Shown here piece after piece: positions 62,301-64,000 of a DNA stretch of 64,000 nt; the first letter of the stretch is position 1; every line of letters starts with the position of its first letter. The position numbers and the translations under genes are program-made. Source of the stretch: Paraspadella gotoi (taxonomy: Eukaryota > Animalia > Chaetognatha); NCBI GenBank assembly GCA_051294375.1, contig CM119265.1, positions 12,389,866 through 12,453,865 of the forward strand, written 5' to 3'. The notes beneath the pieces are model-generated. The model did not search any database, had not been told where the DNA came from, and saw nothing but the letters and a program-made list of their open reading frames with translations.

Positions 62301-64000
62301 CCTCCCTCTCCTCCTCTTCCTCCCTTTCTTTCCCTCGCCGCGTCGATCGCCGCCTTGGACTTCTTCCTCCAGAGATTCCCCAGCCTCTCGGCGTTCCTCC
62401 TCTTTTCCTCCAGCTCGATCCGGTCCTCGTAGCTTCGCCTCAGCAGCTCTACTTCGCGTCGATGCTCGCTGGCGACGAGTTCCAACTCTTCAGCGGCGGC
62501 GAGACTCAGCTCCCTATGAGATTCGACAGATTATAAAGACTTTATAAAGGTCTCTCTCCCTTCCTTTCTTCAAAGTAAATTGTGCTGAGAAGACTCTCGT
62601 TGAGAAGTTCATTTTCGAGGAAGTTTCAATCTGATACATTCATTACTAAATCGTTTTTGAAACGGGAAAACATTAACGTAAAAAGACTTCCGATCTGAAA
62701 AAAAAAAAAGAAGTAATGAGACCATTCTCTTATCTCTCGATCTCAGTAACCTCGTCGCCATTTCTCCGTCGGCGAGGCTTTTCTCCAAGGCCCGCTGCAG
62801 TTTGGTTACGCGTCGGCGGAGAGCGATCGTGTCTAATGAGTCTTGAGGGGAAACGTCCGTCAGCTGCGCCTGGTTAAAGGGGGGGGGAGTTAGTTTCTGC
62901 GTCAGGACTTATGCTTGGTGGATAAATGGCGAGATTGTTTTTTTTTACCTCCAAAAGATTTCGATCTTCGTCTAATTTTCCGCATTTGATTTTGAGTCTT
63001 TCGATTTCCATCGACTTGAGGTGAAGGGAAATGTCCATCTCGTCCCTCTCGGTCTCCATCGCGTCAATTCTTTCCACAAACGGGGGAAAAATAAAACAAA
63101 CAAAAAAACAACAACAATGAGAAAATAAAGTAAAAACATTTGAAAGAACTTTAGTCTTTAAAAAGTTAATGCCTATATCAATAACCCGTTGTTAAGACAT
63201 CACATTGCCAAAATTAGGAGGCAAAATAGTTTATTTATTTAATGAATAATTAATTTTATCTTGGTTGTACCAATGTCATGATAGACATCGATAACCATAA
63301 AACCACCTGCCCTCCATGTGCTCTTTTCTTTGCGCCTCCAAGTCTTCCATCTTGCGTCGAAGTCGCTCCAACTCGTCGTCCTTGACGCGGGCGTCGTCCC
63401 TCGTTTTCGCCAACGCCTCATTTAATCCGACAATTTTTTCTTTGGCCGTTTGGAGCGCGAATTCGAGTTGGCGTCGTGATCTGAGCAAACGCGTTCAAAA
63501 TGGTTTAATGGGATGTGATACAGTTTAGAAATACACAAAATACATTGAATTTATTTGTTCGTATGTACCGTAATTCTTCGCCCTTTTTTACACTGACCTT
63601 TTGTTGGATTTTCCGGTCTCGGGCGCCACTAATCGATCTTTCATATTCCGGTTGATGACGGCCAGATGAGCGACGAGGCTCTTGGCGGCATCGACGTCCG
63701 AGTTGAAGCGAACCAGATCGTCGTCGATTTCGTCGTCGTCTTCGTCGTTGATGTCATCCCATAAATCAATGTCAGCGAACGTAGAGGTTGTGAGAAACTG
63801 AAATATATTTATAAATATACTTATGCGTTATAAATACTGCTAGTCTTTGATTTATGATTAAGTTACGTCCTCACATGCTGAACAGCGTTGAGTAGAGCGA
63901 GTCGTTGCCTGCACGTGTTGTCGTATCCAACGATGAAACAGTTGACCTGCTGTTGGTATTTTGTTTTGGCGACGGGATCTGACATTAGCGCCATCAGCGC
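59356..64000 (-). CDS. Partial multi-exon coiled-coil protein with an S/T/P-rich C-terminal part (5' end outside the window, 3' end uncertain)
   Basis: Exon blocks such as RRQLEFALQTAKEKIVGLNEALAK..., ELVASEHRREVELLRRSYEDRIELEE... and the 60566-61444 exon with (HSASL)n. A possible last exon carries PRPAPPPPPRPRP. Confidence 0.65.

Overview
Gene-dense eukaryotic (animal-like) DNA with CG-rich exons and short AT-rich spliceosomal introns, mostly about 60-100 nt. Most ORF-track entries are exon fragments or antisense shadows. Plus strand, in order: ZDHHC24-like palmitoyltransferase; an orphan with a C-terminal UBZ4-type zinc finger; a multi-C2H2 zinc-finger gene; ASCC3 helicase; a degenerate class II CPD-photolyase-like domain; TRAK/Milton. 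Next come an uncertain minus-strand gene, two tandem small dispanin/CD225-like membrane proteins, a single-pass PPxY protein, two tandem secreted SRCR-like/VWD/C8/TIL paralogs (the first frameshifted by a 10-bp duplication) and a partial minus-strand coiled-coil gene. Non-autonomous repeats include Merlin-like TIR elements with 8-bp TSDs and DINE-1/HINE-like elements. Main finding: phase-compatible splice sites join the last ASCC3 exon, through two linker exons, in frame to the photolyase-like domain. This predicts an ASCC3-pseudophotolyase fusion isoform whose FAD, electron-transfer and CPD-binding residues appear substituted. All gene models were read by eye and need RNA confirmation.
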